A DNA stretch of 64,000 bases from an uncultured Gammaproteobacteria bacterium (GCA_963729605.1 CAVSNY010000007.1:192001-256000), one strand, 5' to 3'. Counted from the stretch's first letter, positions 44,004 to 54,807 are shown. Translations and numbers: made by a program. Notes: a model not told the origin generated them from the sequence alone.

Positions 44004-45752
44004 ATGGAAGGCTCTCAAATTAGAGCGCTGATGGTGATAGTGCCGGTCCTGCTGGCCGGTTGCGCCTCCCCTATGGCGGCCCGCGACGCGCTGGTCCCGG
44101 CACCGGAACCGGTGGCGGCGCCCGCTCCCGCTTCCGAATCCAAGCCAGTGGTCGTCACGGCGGTGGAGCCGGAGGTGATGTACCAAGTGCTGGTGGCCGA
44201 GGTCGCCATGCAGCGCGGCCAATATGACCTCGCCATTCAAAACTACCTCGAATTGGGGCGGATTACCCGCGACGTGCGCATGGCCGAGCGGGCGGCGCGG
44301 GTGGCGGTTTATGCCCACGACAATGAAAACGCCTTGCAGGCCGCCAAGCTGTGGGCTGAGCTGGATAGCGGTAATCTCGAAGCCAGGCAGGTTCTTAGCG
44401 CGCTGTATATCCGCAACGGCCAGCTCGAGGAGGCTCAGCGGCAATTGGAAGAAGTGCTGGGACTGGCGCCCGCCGGCGATGAGAACGGTTTTATGTTGAT
44501 CGCCGGCCTGCTGGGTCGCCAGCAAGATAAACAGGCCGCCTTGCAGGTCATGCAGCGGCTGATCGCCGACCGCCCCGACGACCCCGCCGCCCTGATGGCG
44601 TTCAGCCACTTGGCGGTGCGCACCGGGGCCTTGGATCTGGCCGAGGGCGCCATCAAGCGGGTGGTCGAGCTGCAACCCCAGCGGGTCGATGCCTTGGTGC
44701 AGCAGGCGCGGATTCTGACCATGCGCGGCAAGGCCGCCGAGGCCCTCGCCTTGTTGGAAGCAGCGGTCAAACAGCATCCCAAGGATGCCGACCTGCGCAC
44801 TGCGTACGCCCGCTTGCTGGTGGACGCCAAACAGTTCGAAAAGGCCTTGGATCAATTTAAAATCGTTAATAAACAAGTACCCAGCCAGCCTGAGATCTTA
44901 TTCGCGCTGGGTATGGTGGCCGTGCAATTGGAACGGGTGGACGAAGGCGAAAAATACTTGCTGGAGCTCAATCGCGGCAACCAGGCCTATGTGACGGAGA
45001 GCGCCTATTATCTGGGCCGCATCGCCGAGGAGTACCGCAAAGATCCCGATGCGGCCATCAAGTGGTATCGCCAGGTGGATCGAGGCGAGAGCGCCCTCGA
45101 GGCCCAAATCCGCATCGCCTACCTGATCGCGCAAAAGGGTGAGATCGACCAGGCCCGCGCCCAATTGCATACCATCACGCCGCGCGGCCCGGCCCAGGCG
45201 CTGCGCATCTATCTGGTGGAGGGGCAGTTGCTGCGCGACGCCGGCCGCAACGAAGAGGCCTTGGAGGTATTCAACGTCGGTCTGGAGGAGTTGCCCGACA
45301 ATACCGATTTGCTGTATTCCCGCGCCATGGTGGCCGAGAAGCTCGACAAACTCGACCTCATGGAGGACGACCTCAAGCGCATCCTGGCCCGCGAGCCCGA
45401 CAACGCCGATGCCCTCAACGCCCTGGGTTATACCTTGGCCGACCGCACCCGCCGTTACGACGACGCCATGGTGTATATCCAGCGAGCCCTGGAGCTGCGT
45501 CCCGACAGTCATTTCATCCTCGACAGCATGGGCTGGCTGCAATACCGGTTGGGTAATTACGAGGAAGCGGTGCGTTATCTGCGGCGCGCCCTCGAGGTGA
45601 ATCCCGATTCGGAAATCGCCGCCCATCTCACCGAGGTATTGTGGGTGATGGGTGATCAGCAGGGCGCGCGGACGGTGTGGAAGCAGGCCCTCGACGCCTC
45701 GCCGGGCAATAAATTCCTGCTTGAAGTCATGGATAAGCTCGATCATAAATAA
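44004..45752 (+). CDS. TPR-repeat lipoprotein
   Basis: Lipobox LAGC, TPR repeats, ALNALGYTLAD, DSMGW; usual position between hemA and lolB. Confidence 0.9.
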   Translation: MEGSQIRALMVIVPVLLAGCASPMAARDALVPAPEPVAAPAPASESKPVVVTAVEPEVMYQVLVAEVAMQRGQYDLAIQNYLELGRITRDVRMAERAARVAVYAHDNENALQAAKLWAELDSGNLEARQVLSALYIRNGQLEEAQRQLEEVLGLAPAGDENGFMLIAGLLGRQQDKQAALQVMQRLIADRPDDPAALMAFSHLAVRTGALDLAEGAIKRVVELQPQRVDALVQQARILTMRGKAAEALALLEAAVKQHPKDADLRTAYARLLVDAKQFEKALDQFKIVNKQVPSQPEILFALGMVAVQLERVDEGEKYLLELNRGNQAYVTESAYYLGRIAEEYRKDPDAAIKWYRQVDRGESALEAQIRIAYLIAQKGEIDQARAQLHTITPRGPAQALRIYLVEGQLLRDAGRNEEALEVFNVGLEELPDNTDLLYSRAMVAEKLDKLDLMEDDLKRILAREPDNADALNALGYTLADRTRRYDDAMVYIQRALELRPDSHFILDSMGWLQYRLGNYEEAVRYLRRALEVNPDSEIAAHLTEVLWVMGDQQGARTVWKQALDASPGNKFLLEVMDKLDHK

Positions 45753-45768
45753 TTTAAAGCAATTTTAA

Positions 45769-45918
45769 GGAATCGCTGATTTATTCAGGAGTTCCCGCGG
45801 CACACGGAGGCGCCGCCACTTTCAACGGCCGAGGCTGTTGAAAATGAAGGAAAGCGAAAATCACGTTCTTCGCTTTCCGCGCGCTGAAAATTCCCGAATG
45901 GAATTATTCAGACCTTTC
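45769..45918. mobile_element. MITE copy 3 (more diverged)
   Basis: GGAATCGCTGATTTATTCAG...TTATTCAGACCTTTC flanked by TTAA on both sides. Confidence 0.8.
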
Positions 45919-45942
45919 TTAAATAAACCGTAGTGGGGGTTC

Positions 45943-46560
45943 ATGTATATCGAAACCGGCGCGCGCCGGAGCGGATGGCTGCTCATCGTCATCACATGGT
46001 GGGTGAGCGCTTGCGCCAGCCTGCCGGCCCCGGTCTCCATTCCCGAAGAGGCCCGCCTCTGGCAGCAGCGGCAGGTTGATCTGTCCCGGCTCGATCATTG
46101 GGTGGTGAGCGGGCGCATCGGCATCCAAAGCGAGGATACCGGCTGGCATGCCTCGCTGCGCTGGCAGCAGGACGGCGAGGATTTTCGCATCGTGCTCAGC
46201 GCGCCTCTTGGACAGGGCTCGGCGCAACTGCGGGGGGGGCCGCAGCAGGTTGAGTTGATCATGAGCAACGGCCAGCGCCTGACTGCCGCCGACCCCGACA
46301 GTTTGCTGAATCGCGCCCTCGGTACGCCGATCCCGGTGTCGGGCCTGCACTATTGGGTGCGCGGTCTGCCGGTGCCGGCGTTGCACGCTACCCACGAATT
46401 GGACGGCCAGGGCCGCTTGGCGTGGCTGGAGCAGTCAGGGTGGCGGATCTCGTTCCGCCGCTACGAGGCGGTGGCCGGCCAGGACTTGCCCACCAAGATT
46501 TTTTTGGACAACGCCCAATATAAAGTGCGTTTGACCTTCGACAGCTGGATTTTGTCGTGA
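45943..46560 (+). CDS. lolB: Outer-membrane lipoprotein insertase LolB
   Basis: Lipobox VSAC, WQQ, LSAPLGQG, IPVSGLHYWVRGLP; precedes ispE. Confidence 0.92.
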   Translation: MYIETGARRSGWLLIVITWWVSACASLPAPVSIPEEARLWQQRQVDLSRLDHWVVSGRIGIQSEDTGWHASLRWQQDGEDFRIVLSAPLGQGSAQLRGGPQQVELIMSNGQRLTAADPDSLLNRALGTPIPVSGLHYWVRGLPVPALHATHELDGQGRLAWLEQSGWRISFRRYEAVAGQDLPTKIFLDNAQYKVRLTFDSWILS

Positions 46561-47414
46561 GCCCCGCGACCGCCGCCCGCCGCTGGCCGGCCCCGGCCAA
46601 ACTCAATTTATTCCTGCACATCGTCGGGCGTCGTCCCGACGGTTACCACCTGCTGCAAAGCGTCTTTCAATTCCTCGACGTGGGCGATGTGATCAGTCTC
46701 ACCGTGCGCGACGACGGCCTGATCCGCCGCGTCACGCCTCTCGCGGGCGTGGCGGAAGACGCTGATTTGACCGTGCGCGCCGCCCGCTGCCTGCAAGCCG
46801 CGACCGAAACGTCCTTGGGTGCCGACATCGCCGTGGAGAAACGCCTGCCGATGGGCGCGGGCCTGGGCGGCGGCAGCTCCGACGCCGCCACGGTGCTGGT
46901 GGCGCTGAATCGATTGTGGGGTTTGAATTGCACGGAAGACCGCCTCGCCGACCTGGGGCTGACGCTGGGCGCCGACGTGCCGGTGTTCGTACGGGGTCGC
47001 GCGGCCTGGGCCGAAGGCGTGGGCGAGCAACTGACCCCGGTCGATCTGCCGGAACCTTGGTACGTGGTATTGGTGCCGCCTTGCCATGTGTCCACCGCGG
47101 AAATATTTGGGGCGCCCGAATTGACACGAAACGCCCCTCCCATCACAATAGCCGCCTTTCTTTCCGGGTCCGGGTCCAATCTGTGCGAAGCCGTTGTGCG
47201 GCGCCGTTATCCGGAGGTCGGAGAGGCGTTGGACTGGCTGCACGGGCATGCGCCGGCCAGGATGAGCGGCACGGGCGCGGCGGTCTTCGCGCGCTGCGCG
47301 GACGAGACGGCTGCCCGCCGCATCGCCGCGTTGGCGCCGGCCGCGTGGCGCGCTTTCGCGGCGAAAGGCCGCAACCGCTCCCCGCTCCACGAGATGTTGC
47401 GCAGCGAAGAATAA
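46557..47414 (+). CDS. ispE: 4-diphosphocytidyl-2-C-methyl-D-erythritol kinase
   Basis: PAPAKLNLFL, PMGAGLGGGSSDAA, LGADVP, MSGTG. Confidence 0.96.
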   Translation: MSPATAARRWPAPAKLNLFLHIVGRRPDGYHLLQSVFQFLDVGDVISLTVRDDGLIRRVTPLAGVAEDADLTVRAARCLQAATETSLGADIAVEKRLPMGAGLGGGSSDAATVLVALNRLWGLNCTEDRLADLGLTLGADVPVFVRGRAAWAEGVGEQLTPVDLPEPWYVVLVPPCHVSTAEIFGAPELTRNAPPITIAAFLSGSGSNLCEAVVRRRYPEVGEALDWLHGHAPARMSGTGAAVFARCADETAARRIAALAPAAWRAFAAKGRNRSPLHEMLRSEE

Positions 47415-47480
47415 ACGGGCGAGGATGAAAGCGGTGCCGTTAAGGCGGCCGCGTGTCTTGTTGAACGTGAATGTGTTTGT

Positions 47481-47555
47481 TGGGGTGTCGCCAAGCGGTA
47501 AGGCACTGGATTTTGATTCCAGCATCCCCAGGTTCGAATCCTGGCACCCCAGCCA
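47481..47555 (+). tRNA. tRNA-Gln(TTG)
   Basis: Cloverleaf TGGGGTG...CACCCCA-GCCA, anticodon loop TTTTGAT, GGTTCGAATCC. Confidence 0.97.
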
Positions 47556-47677
47556 TTTATTGATGGAAAATCGTGATAAGCGCCTTTTATTGAGGCCGCG
47601 TATTGTGATGCCGGATGAATAGTCCAATGGGTTCAGTCGAGTCGGCGTTTGCCGCGGGCGTAGAAAGAGGGGTCGAC

Positions 47678-48631
47678 GTGCCGTACAACTCGATGCTGGT
47701 CTTCAGTGGCAACGCCAACCGGCAGTTGGCGGAAGACATGGTCAATTACCTGAACCTGCCGCTGGGCAAGGCCATCGTCGGCCGTTTCAGTGACGGCGAG
47801 ATCATGGTGGAGATCATGGAAAACGTCCGCGGCAAGGACGTCTTCATCGTCCAGCCGACCTGCCAGCCCACCAACGATCACATCATGGAATTGCTGGTGA
47901 TGGTGGACGCGGTGCGCCGCTCCTCCGCCGCGCGGGTGACCGCGGTGATCCCGTATTTCGGTTATTCCCGCCAGGACCGGCGGCCGCGCTCGGCGCGGGT
48001 GGCCATCTCGGCGAAGGTGGTGGCCAATATGATCAGCAGTGTGGGCGCCCACCGGGTGTTGACCGTGGACCTGCATTCCGATCAGATCCAGGGGTTTTTC
48101 GACATGCCGGTGGACAATGTCTACGCCTCGCCGATCTTGCTGGGCGACATCTGGCGGCAGAAATACCCGGACCAGATCGTGGTGTCGCCCGACGTGGGCG
48201 GGGTGGTGCGGGCGCGGGCGCTGGCCAAGCGGCTGGGCGACGCCGACCTCGCCATCATCGACAAACGCCGGCCGCGGCCCAACGAGGCCAAGGTGATGCA
48301 CATCATCGGCGAAGTGGAAGGCCGTACCTGCGTGCTGGTGGATGACCTGGTGGATACCGCCGGCACCTTGTGCGAGGCGGCGCGGGCGCTGAAAGAGCGC
48401 GGCGCGGTCAAGGTGGTGGCCTATTGCACGCATCCGGTATTGTCGGGCGCGGCGATAAAGAATATCGAAAGCTCGGTGCTCGACGAACTGGTGGTGACCG
48501 ACACCATCCCGCTCCGGCCCGAGGCCAAGGCCTGCACCCGTATCCGCCAGCTGAGCGTGGCGGGCATGCTGGCCGAGACCATGCGCCGTATCAGCACGGA
48601 AGAGTCGGTGAGCACCTTATTCATGGATTAA
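47678..48631 (+). CDS. prs: Ribose-phosphate pyrophosphokinase
   Basis: [32 protein letters not shown]. Confidence 0.97.
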   Translation: MPYNSMLVFSGNANRQLAEDMVNYLNLPLGKAIVGRFSDGEIMVEIMENVRGKDVFIVQPTCQPTNDHIMELLVMVDAVRRSSAARVTAVIPYFGYSRQDRRPRSARVAISAKVVANMISSVGAHRVLTVDLHSDQIQGFFDMPVDNVYASPILLGDIWRQKYPDQIVVSPDVGGVVRARALAKRLGDADLAIIDKRRPRPNEAKVMHIIGEVEGRTCVLVDDLVDTAGTLCEAARALKERGAVKVVAYCTHPVLSGAAIKNIESSVLDELVVTDTIPLRPEAKACTRIRQLSVAGMLAETMRRISTEESVSTLFMD

Positions 48632-48746
48632 AACGAATTCGGCAGGCGGCGAGGTCGCGCGCCGCCCGCTGAAAATCCGTCCCCACTTTGAAAACGGGGA
48701 CGGCCTATGCTGCCCGAGGGCGGCTTTTATTTTTGGAGAGACGAAC

Positions 48747-49397
48747 ATGAGTACCAGTTTTGAATTAACCGCGGAATCGCGTACGGACATGGGGAAAGGT
48801 GCGAGCCGCCGCCTCCGTCGCGAAAGCAAAGTGCCGGGCATCATGTACGGCGGCGGCGGTGAGCCGGTCGCGCTGACCTTCATCCACAAAGACGTGGCGA
48901 AGAGCCTGGAGAGCGAAGCGTTTTACTCGCACATCCTCACCATCCACATCGACGGCAAAGCGGAGAAAGCGGTACTGAAAGACCTGCACCGCCATCCCTA
49001 CAAGCCCATCATCATGCACATGGATTTGCAGCGGGTGAACGAGACCGACAAGATTCACATGCACGTGCCCCTGCATTTCAAGGGCGAGGACATCGCCCCC
49101 GGCGTCAAGCTGCGCGGCGGCATCGTCAACCACTTGATGAACAGTATCGACATCTATTGTTTGGCGAAGGATCTGCCCGAGTACATCGAAGTGGATGTCT
49201 CGCCGCTGAACGTGGGTGAGTCGCTGCATTTGTCCGACCTCACCCTGCCGTCCGGTGTCGAAATCCCCGGTCTGGAAACGGGCTCGGAGCACGACCTGCC
49301 GGTGGTGGCCATCGTCCTGCCGCGCGCCGCGGTGGAAGCGGAAGAAGCGCCGGCCGCCGAAGCGGCGCAGCCCGAGGCGGGCAAGGCCGCCGAATAA
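48747..49397 (+). CDS. rplY: 50S ribosomal protein L25/Ctc
   Basis: GKGASRRLR, VPGIMYG, HMDLQRV, VPLHF, LPEYIEVD. Confidence 0.97.
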   Translation: MSTSFELTAESRTDMGKGASRRLRRESKVPGIMYGGGGEPVALTFIHKDVAKSLESEAFYSHILTIHIDGKAEKAVLKDLHRHPYKPIIMHMDLQRVNETDKIHMHVPLHFKGEDIAPGVKLRGGIVNHLMNSIDIYCLAKDLPEYIEVDVSPLNVGESLHLSDLTLPSGVEIPGLETGSEHDLPVVAIVLPRAAVEAEEAPAAEAAQPEAGKAAE

Positions 49398-49444
49398 GTC
49401 CGGTCTCCGGTCTTTAACGCAACATAACAACGAGGAGCCCGGCG

Positions 49445-50011
49445 TTGACGGAGGGCGTGAGTTTGATCGTGGGCTTGGGCAATCCGGGTGCCCGCTATCA
49501 AGCCACCCGCCACAACGCCGGGTTCTGGTTTGTGGAGGCCTTGGCGGCGCGGCGCGGCGTCACGTTTAAAACCGCGGCGCGTTATCACGGCGACGTGGCG
49601 GAGCTAAACGGCGGCTGGCTGATCAAGCCCGGCACGTTCATGAATCGCAGTGGCCAGGCGGTCGCGGCGCTGGCGGGGTTTTATAAAATTCCCGTGGCGC
49701 GGATTTTAGTGGTCCACGATGAATTGGATCTGCCGCCCGGCACCGCGCGGCTCAAACAGGGCGGCGGCCACGGCGGGCACAACGGTCTGCGCAGTCTGAT
49801 CGCGGATTTGGGCGCCGACTTCTGGCGCTTGCGGCTGGGCATCGGCCATCCCGGCCACAAGGATTTGGTGACGGATTATGTGTTGGGCAAACCGTCGCAG
49901 GACGACCGGTTATCGATCGAAGCGGCCATCACACGCGCGGTGGAGATCGTGCCGGCGATGATCGCGGGCGACCCGCAAGGGGCGATGCTCAAACTGCATA
50001 GCGGCGAGTAA
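49445..50011 (+). CDS. pth: Peptidyl-tRNA hydrolase
   Basis: IVGLGNPG, TRHNAG, FMNRSG, HDELD, GGHNGL. Confidence 0.97.
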   Translation: MTEGVSLIVGLGNPGARYQATRHNAGFWFVEALAARRGVTFKTAARYHGDVAELNGGWLIKPGTFMNRSGQAVAALAGFYKIPVARILVVHDELDLPPGTARLKQGGGHGGHNGLRSLIADLGADFWRLRLGIGHPGHKDLVTDYVLGKPSQDDRLSIEAAITRAVEIVPAMIAGDPQGAMLKLHSGE

Positions 50012-50116
50012 CCGGTACGCTCGTGAGGGTGAACCGGCGATAATGCGGCCGCTGGTTAAATCGATCAAACTCGCGCTACGCGAACCTTACTGCTACATTT
50101 TAAGTGGATCGAATTT

Positions 50117-51208
50117 ATGGGTTTCAAATGCGGCATCGTCGGCCTGCCCAACGTGGGCAAGTCCACCCTCTTCAACGCGCTGACCCAGGCGGGCATCGAG
50201 GCGGCTAATTACCCGTTCTGCACCATCGAACCCAACGTCGGCATCGTGCCCATGCCCGATCCGCGTCTCGACGAATTGGCCAAGATCGTCAAACCGCAGC
50301 GCGTCATTCCCACCACCATGGAATTCGTCGACATCGCCGGCTTGGTGGCGGGCGCATCCAAGGGTGAAGGCCTGGGCAATAAATTTCTCGCGCATATTCG
50401 CGAAACCAACGCCATCGCCCACGTGGTGCGCTGTTTCGACAGCGGCGACATCGTGCACGTCGCCGGCAAGGTGGACCCGCTCAGCGACATCGAAGTCATC
50501 AACACCGAGCTGGCGCTGGCGGATCTGGACACCGTGGAAAAGGCCGCGCACCGTGCGGCCAAAGTCGCCAAGACCGGCAACAAAGACGCGCAATTGCTGA
50601 CCGCTTTATTGGAACGCGCGCGCGCCCATCTCGATCAAAGCCGGCCGGTGCGCACACTGGAAATGGACGAGGACGAACGCCGCAGCCTGCGCGAACTGAC
50701 GTTGCTCACCATGAAGCCGACCATGTACATCGCCAACGTGGCGGAAGACGGCTTCACCAATAATCCCTATCTCGATAAGGTGCGCGAGCTGGCGGTGCGG
50801 GAAGGCGCGCAAGTGGTGCCGGTGTGCGCCGCCATCGAGTCCGAGATCGCCGAACTCAGCGACGCCGACAAGGGCGATTTTCTCCGCGACCTCGGCCTGG
50901 CCGAACCGGGCTTGAACCGGGTGATCCGCGCCGGCTACAGCCTGCTCGGCCTGCAAACCTACTTCACCGCCGGTGAAAAAGAGGTGCGGGCCTGGACCGT
51001 GGCGGTGGGCGCCACCGCGCCGCAGGCCGCCGGCGTCATCCACACCGATTTCGAGCGCGGCTTCATCCGCGCCGAAGTCATCGGCTACGCCGACTTCATC
51101 GCCTGCGGCGGCGAACAAAAGGCCAAAGAGGCCGGCAAATGGCGCCTGGAAGGCAAGGACTACATCGTGCAGGACGGCGACGTTGTCCACTTCCGCTTCA
51201 ATGTTTGA
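50117..51208 (+). CDS. ychF: Redox-regulated ATPase YchF
   Basis: [35 protein letters not shown]. Confidence 0.97.
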   Translation: MGFKCGIVGLPNVGKSTLFNALTQAGIEAANYPFCTIEPNVGIVPMPDPRLDELAKIVKPQRVIPTTMEFVDIAGLVAGASKGEGLGNKFLAHIRETNAIAHVVRCFDSGDIVHVAGKVDPLSDIEVINTELALADLDTVEKAAHRAAKVAKTGNKDAQLLTALLERARAHLDQSRPVRTLEMDEDERRSLRELTLLTMKPTMYIANVAEDGFTNNPYLDKVRELAVREGAQVVPVCAAIESEIAELSDADKGDFLRDLGLAEPGLNRVIRAGYSLLGLQTYFTAGEKEVRAWTVAVGATAPQAAGVIHTDFERGFIRAEVIGYADFIACGGEQKAKEAGKWRLEGKDYIVQDGDVVHFRFNV

Positions 51209-51304
51209 CCAGAAAACCACCCGGCCAGTGAAAAGAGCGAAAAATGGCGTTATAATGCGCCAGCTTTTTTCGTTGTACGGCTAAATTTCCACGCAAGTCA
51301 ATTC

Positions 51305-51381
51305 GGCTACGTAGCTCAGCTGGTTAGAGCGCGGCACTCATAATGCTGAGGTCGGTGGTTCGAGTCCACCCGTAGCCACCA
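51305..51381 (+). tRNA. tRNA-Met(CAT), elongator type
   Basis: GGCTACG...CGTAGCC-ACCA, anticodon loop CTCATAA. Confidence 0.96.
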
Positions 51382-51508
51382 TTTAGTCACCAAGAACTTA
51401 TCTCAATTAACCAACTTCACCACCTTCTGTCTGTGCCGAAAGTGTGACCGGCACGATTCGCTCCGCATGCTGCGCCAGGTGTATCGCCGAGAGGTGTGCA
51501 TAACGCCT

Positions 51509-51913
51509 CTATGGTGCGATCAACTCAAGATTGGGAAAATACGTTTTATAACGTCGCTTATCACGAGTCAGCAAAGTGTATCCGCCAATCGCCGCATGGG
51601 CACCGATATAAAAATCGGGAAGGGGCGAGCGCCGCGCGCCGCCGGCGCGGCGATAATTGACGAAGCACTTGCCGGCCAAAAAGCCCGCTTCCCACGGCAG
51701 AGCTTCACGCCGCAAATAATCCTCTGGCAAAGCGGCATCGAGCTCTTCAATGCGATCGAAGCCCACCGAGACTTCGCTGTAAATGATGGGATTGATAATC
51801 AGGACATGGGTCTCCGCAAGCATTTCCAGCTGAGTCGCGGACCACGAAAACCATTTTGGGTCCTCGTTAACAATGTCGAGGATCACGTTACTGTCCACGA
51901 GAACATTGGCCAC
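51509..51913 (-). CDS. vapC: VapC family PIN-domain toxin
   Basis: VLVDSNVILD, IYSEV, PDFYIGAHA, LLTRD. Confidence 0.92.
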   Translation of the reverse strand: MANVLVDSNVILDIVNEDPKWFSWSATQLEMLAETHVLIINPIIYSEVSVGFDRIEELDAALPEDYLRREALPWEAGFLAGKCFVNYRRAGGARRSPLPDFYIGAHAAIGGYTLLTRDKRRYKTYFPNLELIAP

Positions 51914-51920
51914 GGTAAGA

Positions 51921-52145
51921 CTAGCCCCGCGTGAGTGCCATGATCTCCTCGGTGCTCATGCGCTTGTTCCCTTTGCCGCGCATAAGGCTGACCAGGCGCT
52001 TGCCGCGCCGGCCCGGCTGCTCGGCCTTGCGCAACACGACCGTACCGCCGCGCATAACGAACTCCACCTCTGTGTCCGGGAGCAGCCCAGCCTTCTCTCG
52101 AATCTCGGCAGGAATGGTGACTTGACCCTTGCTGGTGATACGCAT
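51921..52145 (-). CDS. AbrB/MazE family antitoxin
   Basis: MRITSKGQVTIPAEIR; directly upstream of the PIN gene. Confidence 0.92.
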   Translation of the reverse strand: MRITSKGQVTIPAEIREKAGLLPDTEVEFVMRGGTVVLRKAEQPGRRGKRLVSLMRGKGNKRMSTEEIMALTRG

Positions 52146-52381
52146 GAAGATCGCTCCTTGGAAGTATTACTTCCAAAAGTAATACTAGAGGCTGCGGCAG
52201 TCAAGCAGTGCGATTCAGGCCGTCGCCGCTACAGCCCCGCTAGCATCAATATGAGTTGTGTCATCAGTGTGCCTTCGCTTAAAGAATTGACCGAAATTTA
52301 CCGGCTATTACTGGCACATAAACCAAGCGGCAGCGCCGTAAGTGGCTGATTATTAATAAACAGCATATTTACAGCCTTGGA

Positions 52382-52425
52382 TCATAATGCTGACGTCGTG
52401 GTTCGAGTCCACCCCGTAGCTACCA
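52382..52425 (+). repeat. att-like duplication of tRNA-Met 3' half
   Basis: TCATAATGCTGACGTCGTGGTTCGAGTCCACCCCGTAGCTACCA vs TCATAATGCTGAGGTCGGTGGTTCGAGTCCACCCGTAGCCACCA. Confidence 0.88.
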
Positions 52426-52682
52426 TTACCTTCCAGATCATCCCAACCCCAGCATCCCAAGGGAGCAAGAAAGCGGCCGCCAAATCCCGCGCATCGGGAT
52501 GTTTACCGTGGCGGCTTTGGACATGGATAAAAAATCCTGTACAAGAAAGCGCTATTTCGGTTTACTTGCCAGTCGCATAGATACTTAAACGCTCAATGGA
52601 ATGATCCATTAAGAACAATAGGTCGGTGGCTGATGAACGATTTCGCATGTGCGTAAGTTGTTTTCAAGTCGCGTGATCGACA

Positions 52683-52823
52683 ATGACTGAAAATCAGAAT
52701 CCCGAACAAAAAGCCCGCGACCGGATCGACAACCTGCCTGAGCCGGATGAGTTGGCGTTGGAAATCATCGAAAACCTGGAAGCGGGACTGAACAGCTTCC
52801 GGGGAATCGCGACGGCGTTGTAA
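52683..52823 (+). pseudogene. Type I restriction-modification deletion scar (hsdR start fused to hsdM end)
   Basis: 46 aa ORF MTENQNPEQKARDRID-NLPEPDELALEIIENLEAGLNSFRGIATAL. Confidence 0.72.
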
Positions 52824-52881
52824 TCATTATTTTCAGAGATAATGACAACGCCATTATTAATTACCTTTAAGGAGATGGTGC

Positions 52882-53349
52882 GTGATAAAACGTATATTTT
52901 TTGTCCCGCTTGCGGTGGTGTTGACTACGGTCATTCCCGCCGTGAGCGGTTGTTCCGAATCAGTTGATCCCGATGTGAAGACTACTATGGAGGTGAGTAA
53001 CGTGGCGGAAATGATTAAGACGGACGTGGTTGTCGGCGAAGGCGCGGAGGCGGCGGCGGGGATGAATGTGTCGGTGCACTATACCGGTTGGCTTTACGAC
53101 GAGGCCGCGCCTGACCATAAAGGGGAAAAATTCGATAGCTCCCGTGATCGCGGTACGCCGTTCGAGTTTCCTCTCGGCGGAGGTCGGGTCATTAAGGGAT
53201 GGGATCAGGGCGTGGCGGGCATGAAAGTCGGCGGCCAGCGGATATTGACCATTCCCCCCGAGATGGGCTACGGCGCGCGCGGCGCGGGCGGTGTGATTCC
53301 GCCGAATGCGACCTTGATATTTGATGTGGAGTTGCTGGGCGTTCGCTAA
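52882..53349 (+). CDS. FKBP-type peptidyl-prolyl isomerase, putative lipoprotein
   Basis: [36 protein letters not shown]; lipobox-like VSGC. Confidence 0.95.
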   Translation: MIKRIFFVPLAVVLTTVIPAVSGCSESVDPDVKTTMEVSNVAEMIKTDVVVGEGAEAAAGMNVSVHYTGWLYDEAAPDHKGEKFDSSRDRGTPFEFPLGGGRVIKGWDQGVAGMKVGGQRILTIPPEMGYGARGAGGVIPPNATLIFDVELLGVR

Positions 53350-53595
53350 AAAATAATGAGATCAGTCTCGTCATGGCCGATTCTGCAAATTAAAGGGTGG
53401 GACGCTATCCATTATCCGCTGTGGCTCAGCGCGTTTTTGTTTAGAGCGCCCTCCGGCGTCAAGTAATATTGATTGGTTGATGCCGCGATCGGATTGCGCA
53501 GATCGGGGCTGGCTATCTTTGAGCGTGGTACCGACGCATGGACGGGACGAAATGGACGTTACCCTTGGCAGTAATTTCAATCCGGAGTGCTCCCC

Positions 53596-54141
53596 ATGGG
53601 CAATTCACTTTTAGAGCAGTTGAAGAAAAGCGGCCTGGTTGATAAAAACAAGGCGCAGCAGGTCAAGCAAAGCCAATACAAAAATCAGAAGCAAAAAACC
53701 AAGCGGGGCGCGCCGGATAAGTTGGATGAAGTCCAACTGCTGGCCCGGCAGGCGCAGGCCGAAAAGCTTGAGCGCGACCGCCAGTTGAATCAACAAAAAC
53801 AGGAAGAGCTCGAGCGCAAGGCCATCGCCGCGCAGGTCAGGCAGTTGATCGAAACCAATCGCGTCAAAGAGCGTGATGGGGATATTGTTTACAACTTTGC
53901 CGACGCCAATGTGGTCAAGCGTCTGTATGTCTCGGAGCGGATCCATAAGCATCTCATGGCCGGTCAGCTGGCTATCGCCAAACTGGGCGAGGGCTACGAA
54001 CTGGTGCCCATGCCCGTGGCGGAGAAGATCAAGCAGCGCGATGCGCGGTGCATTATCCAGGCTGATCACGACGCCGCGCCCAAGCAGGACGGTGATGATC
54101 CGTACGCCGACTATAAGATTCCGGACGATCTGATGTGGTGA
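53596..54141 (+). CDS. DUF2058 (YaiL-like) protein
   Basis: SLLEQLKKSGLV start and DDPYADYKIPDDLMW end. Confidence 0.92.
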   Translation: MGNSLLEQLKKSGLVDKNKAQQVKQSQYKNQKQKTKRGAPDKLDEVQLLARQAQAEKLERDRQLNQQKQEELERKAIAAQVRQLIETNRVKERDGDIVYNFADANVVKRLYVSERIHKHLMAGQLAIAKLGEGYELVPMPVAEKIKQRDARCIIQADHDAAPKQDGDDPYADYKIPDDLMW

Positions 54142-54307
54142 AGAGGGCCGGGCGTCAATGGTGCTTCCTCAAGCGGTGTCATAATCGATGCAGAGTGGCT
54201 TAGGCGCGTTTTTTGCGCCGTAACGCTAACTCATCCTACATTGAATTTATGTAAGTGCCGTTCGGGTCAGGTTTTGACGTTATTTTCCAAGGCGCGAGGA
54301 TTTTGAG

Positions 54308-54586
54308 ATGAAAGCGACCGCTGAATTACAAATCGTCCCGATCGGCAGGGGTGTCTCGGTCAGGCGTGAAATCATCCGCGTCGTCGAGTTGCTTCATGAG
54401 CATGACTTCATTATTGAGACCCATGCCTCGGGCACCAATGTTGAAGGTGAATTGGCGGAGATACTGGCCGCCGTCGAGAAAATACATGAAGCGCTCCATC
54501 GCGAAGGCTGTGTCCGTTTGGTGAGTTATTTGAAACTGGAAACCCGCACCGATAAGGCGCCGACCTTGGCGGGGAAGAGGCTTTGA
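54308..54586 (+). CDS. MTH1187/YkoF thiamine-binding family protein
   Basis: AELQIVPIG..SV, GTNVEGE, LKLETRTDK. Confidence 0.88.
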   Translation: MKATAELQIVPIGRGVSVRREIIRVVELLHEHDFIIETHASGTNVEGELAEILAAVEKIHEALHREGCVRLVSYLKLETRTDKAPTLAGKRL

Positions 54587-54621
54587 TTATTTCGTGATCG
54601 AGCTCCTTAAATAAAAGGAAA

Positions 54622-54667
54622 ACCACCCCGTCCGCTGCGCGGTCACCCCTCCTTGGAAAGGAGGGGA
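54622..54667. repeat. REP-like palindromic element
   Basis: ccaccccgtccgctgcgcggtcaCCCCTCCTTggAAAGGAGGGG double hairpin. Confidence 0.55.
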
Positions 54668-54807
54668 GCTATACCTGTTCGCCGCTTTTTCTTTGATGAT
54701 GTGGCGGAGATAACGTGAAAGGTCCGGCGGTTTTTCCGCTGGGGCTGGAGTGCATGCGGCATAGTGTTTACCGCTAAAGGGCGGGTGATGGTGAGACGGT
54801 TTTATCA

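Larger units (their letters stand above)
51338..52425. mobile_element. Miniature tRNA-Met-integrated island remnant
   Basis: tRNA 3' half (51338-51381) is repeated imperfectly at 52382-52425; only a TA pair lies between. Confidence 0.8.

Noticed and set aside
48640-48746. Possible rplY leader structure or terminator hairpin (CCGTCCCC..GGGGACGG)
   Set aside because: Hairpin is real but its identity cannot be established without a covariance model
54195-54240. GTAG-type REP remnant (also near 11767)
   Set aside because: Single degenerate copies and no RAYT gene; too eroded to support a call
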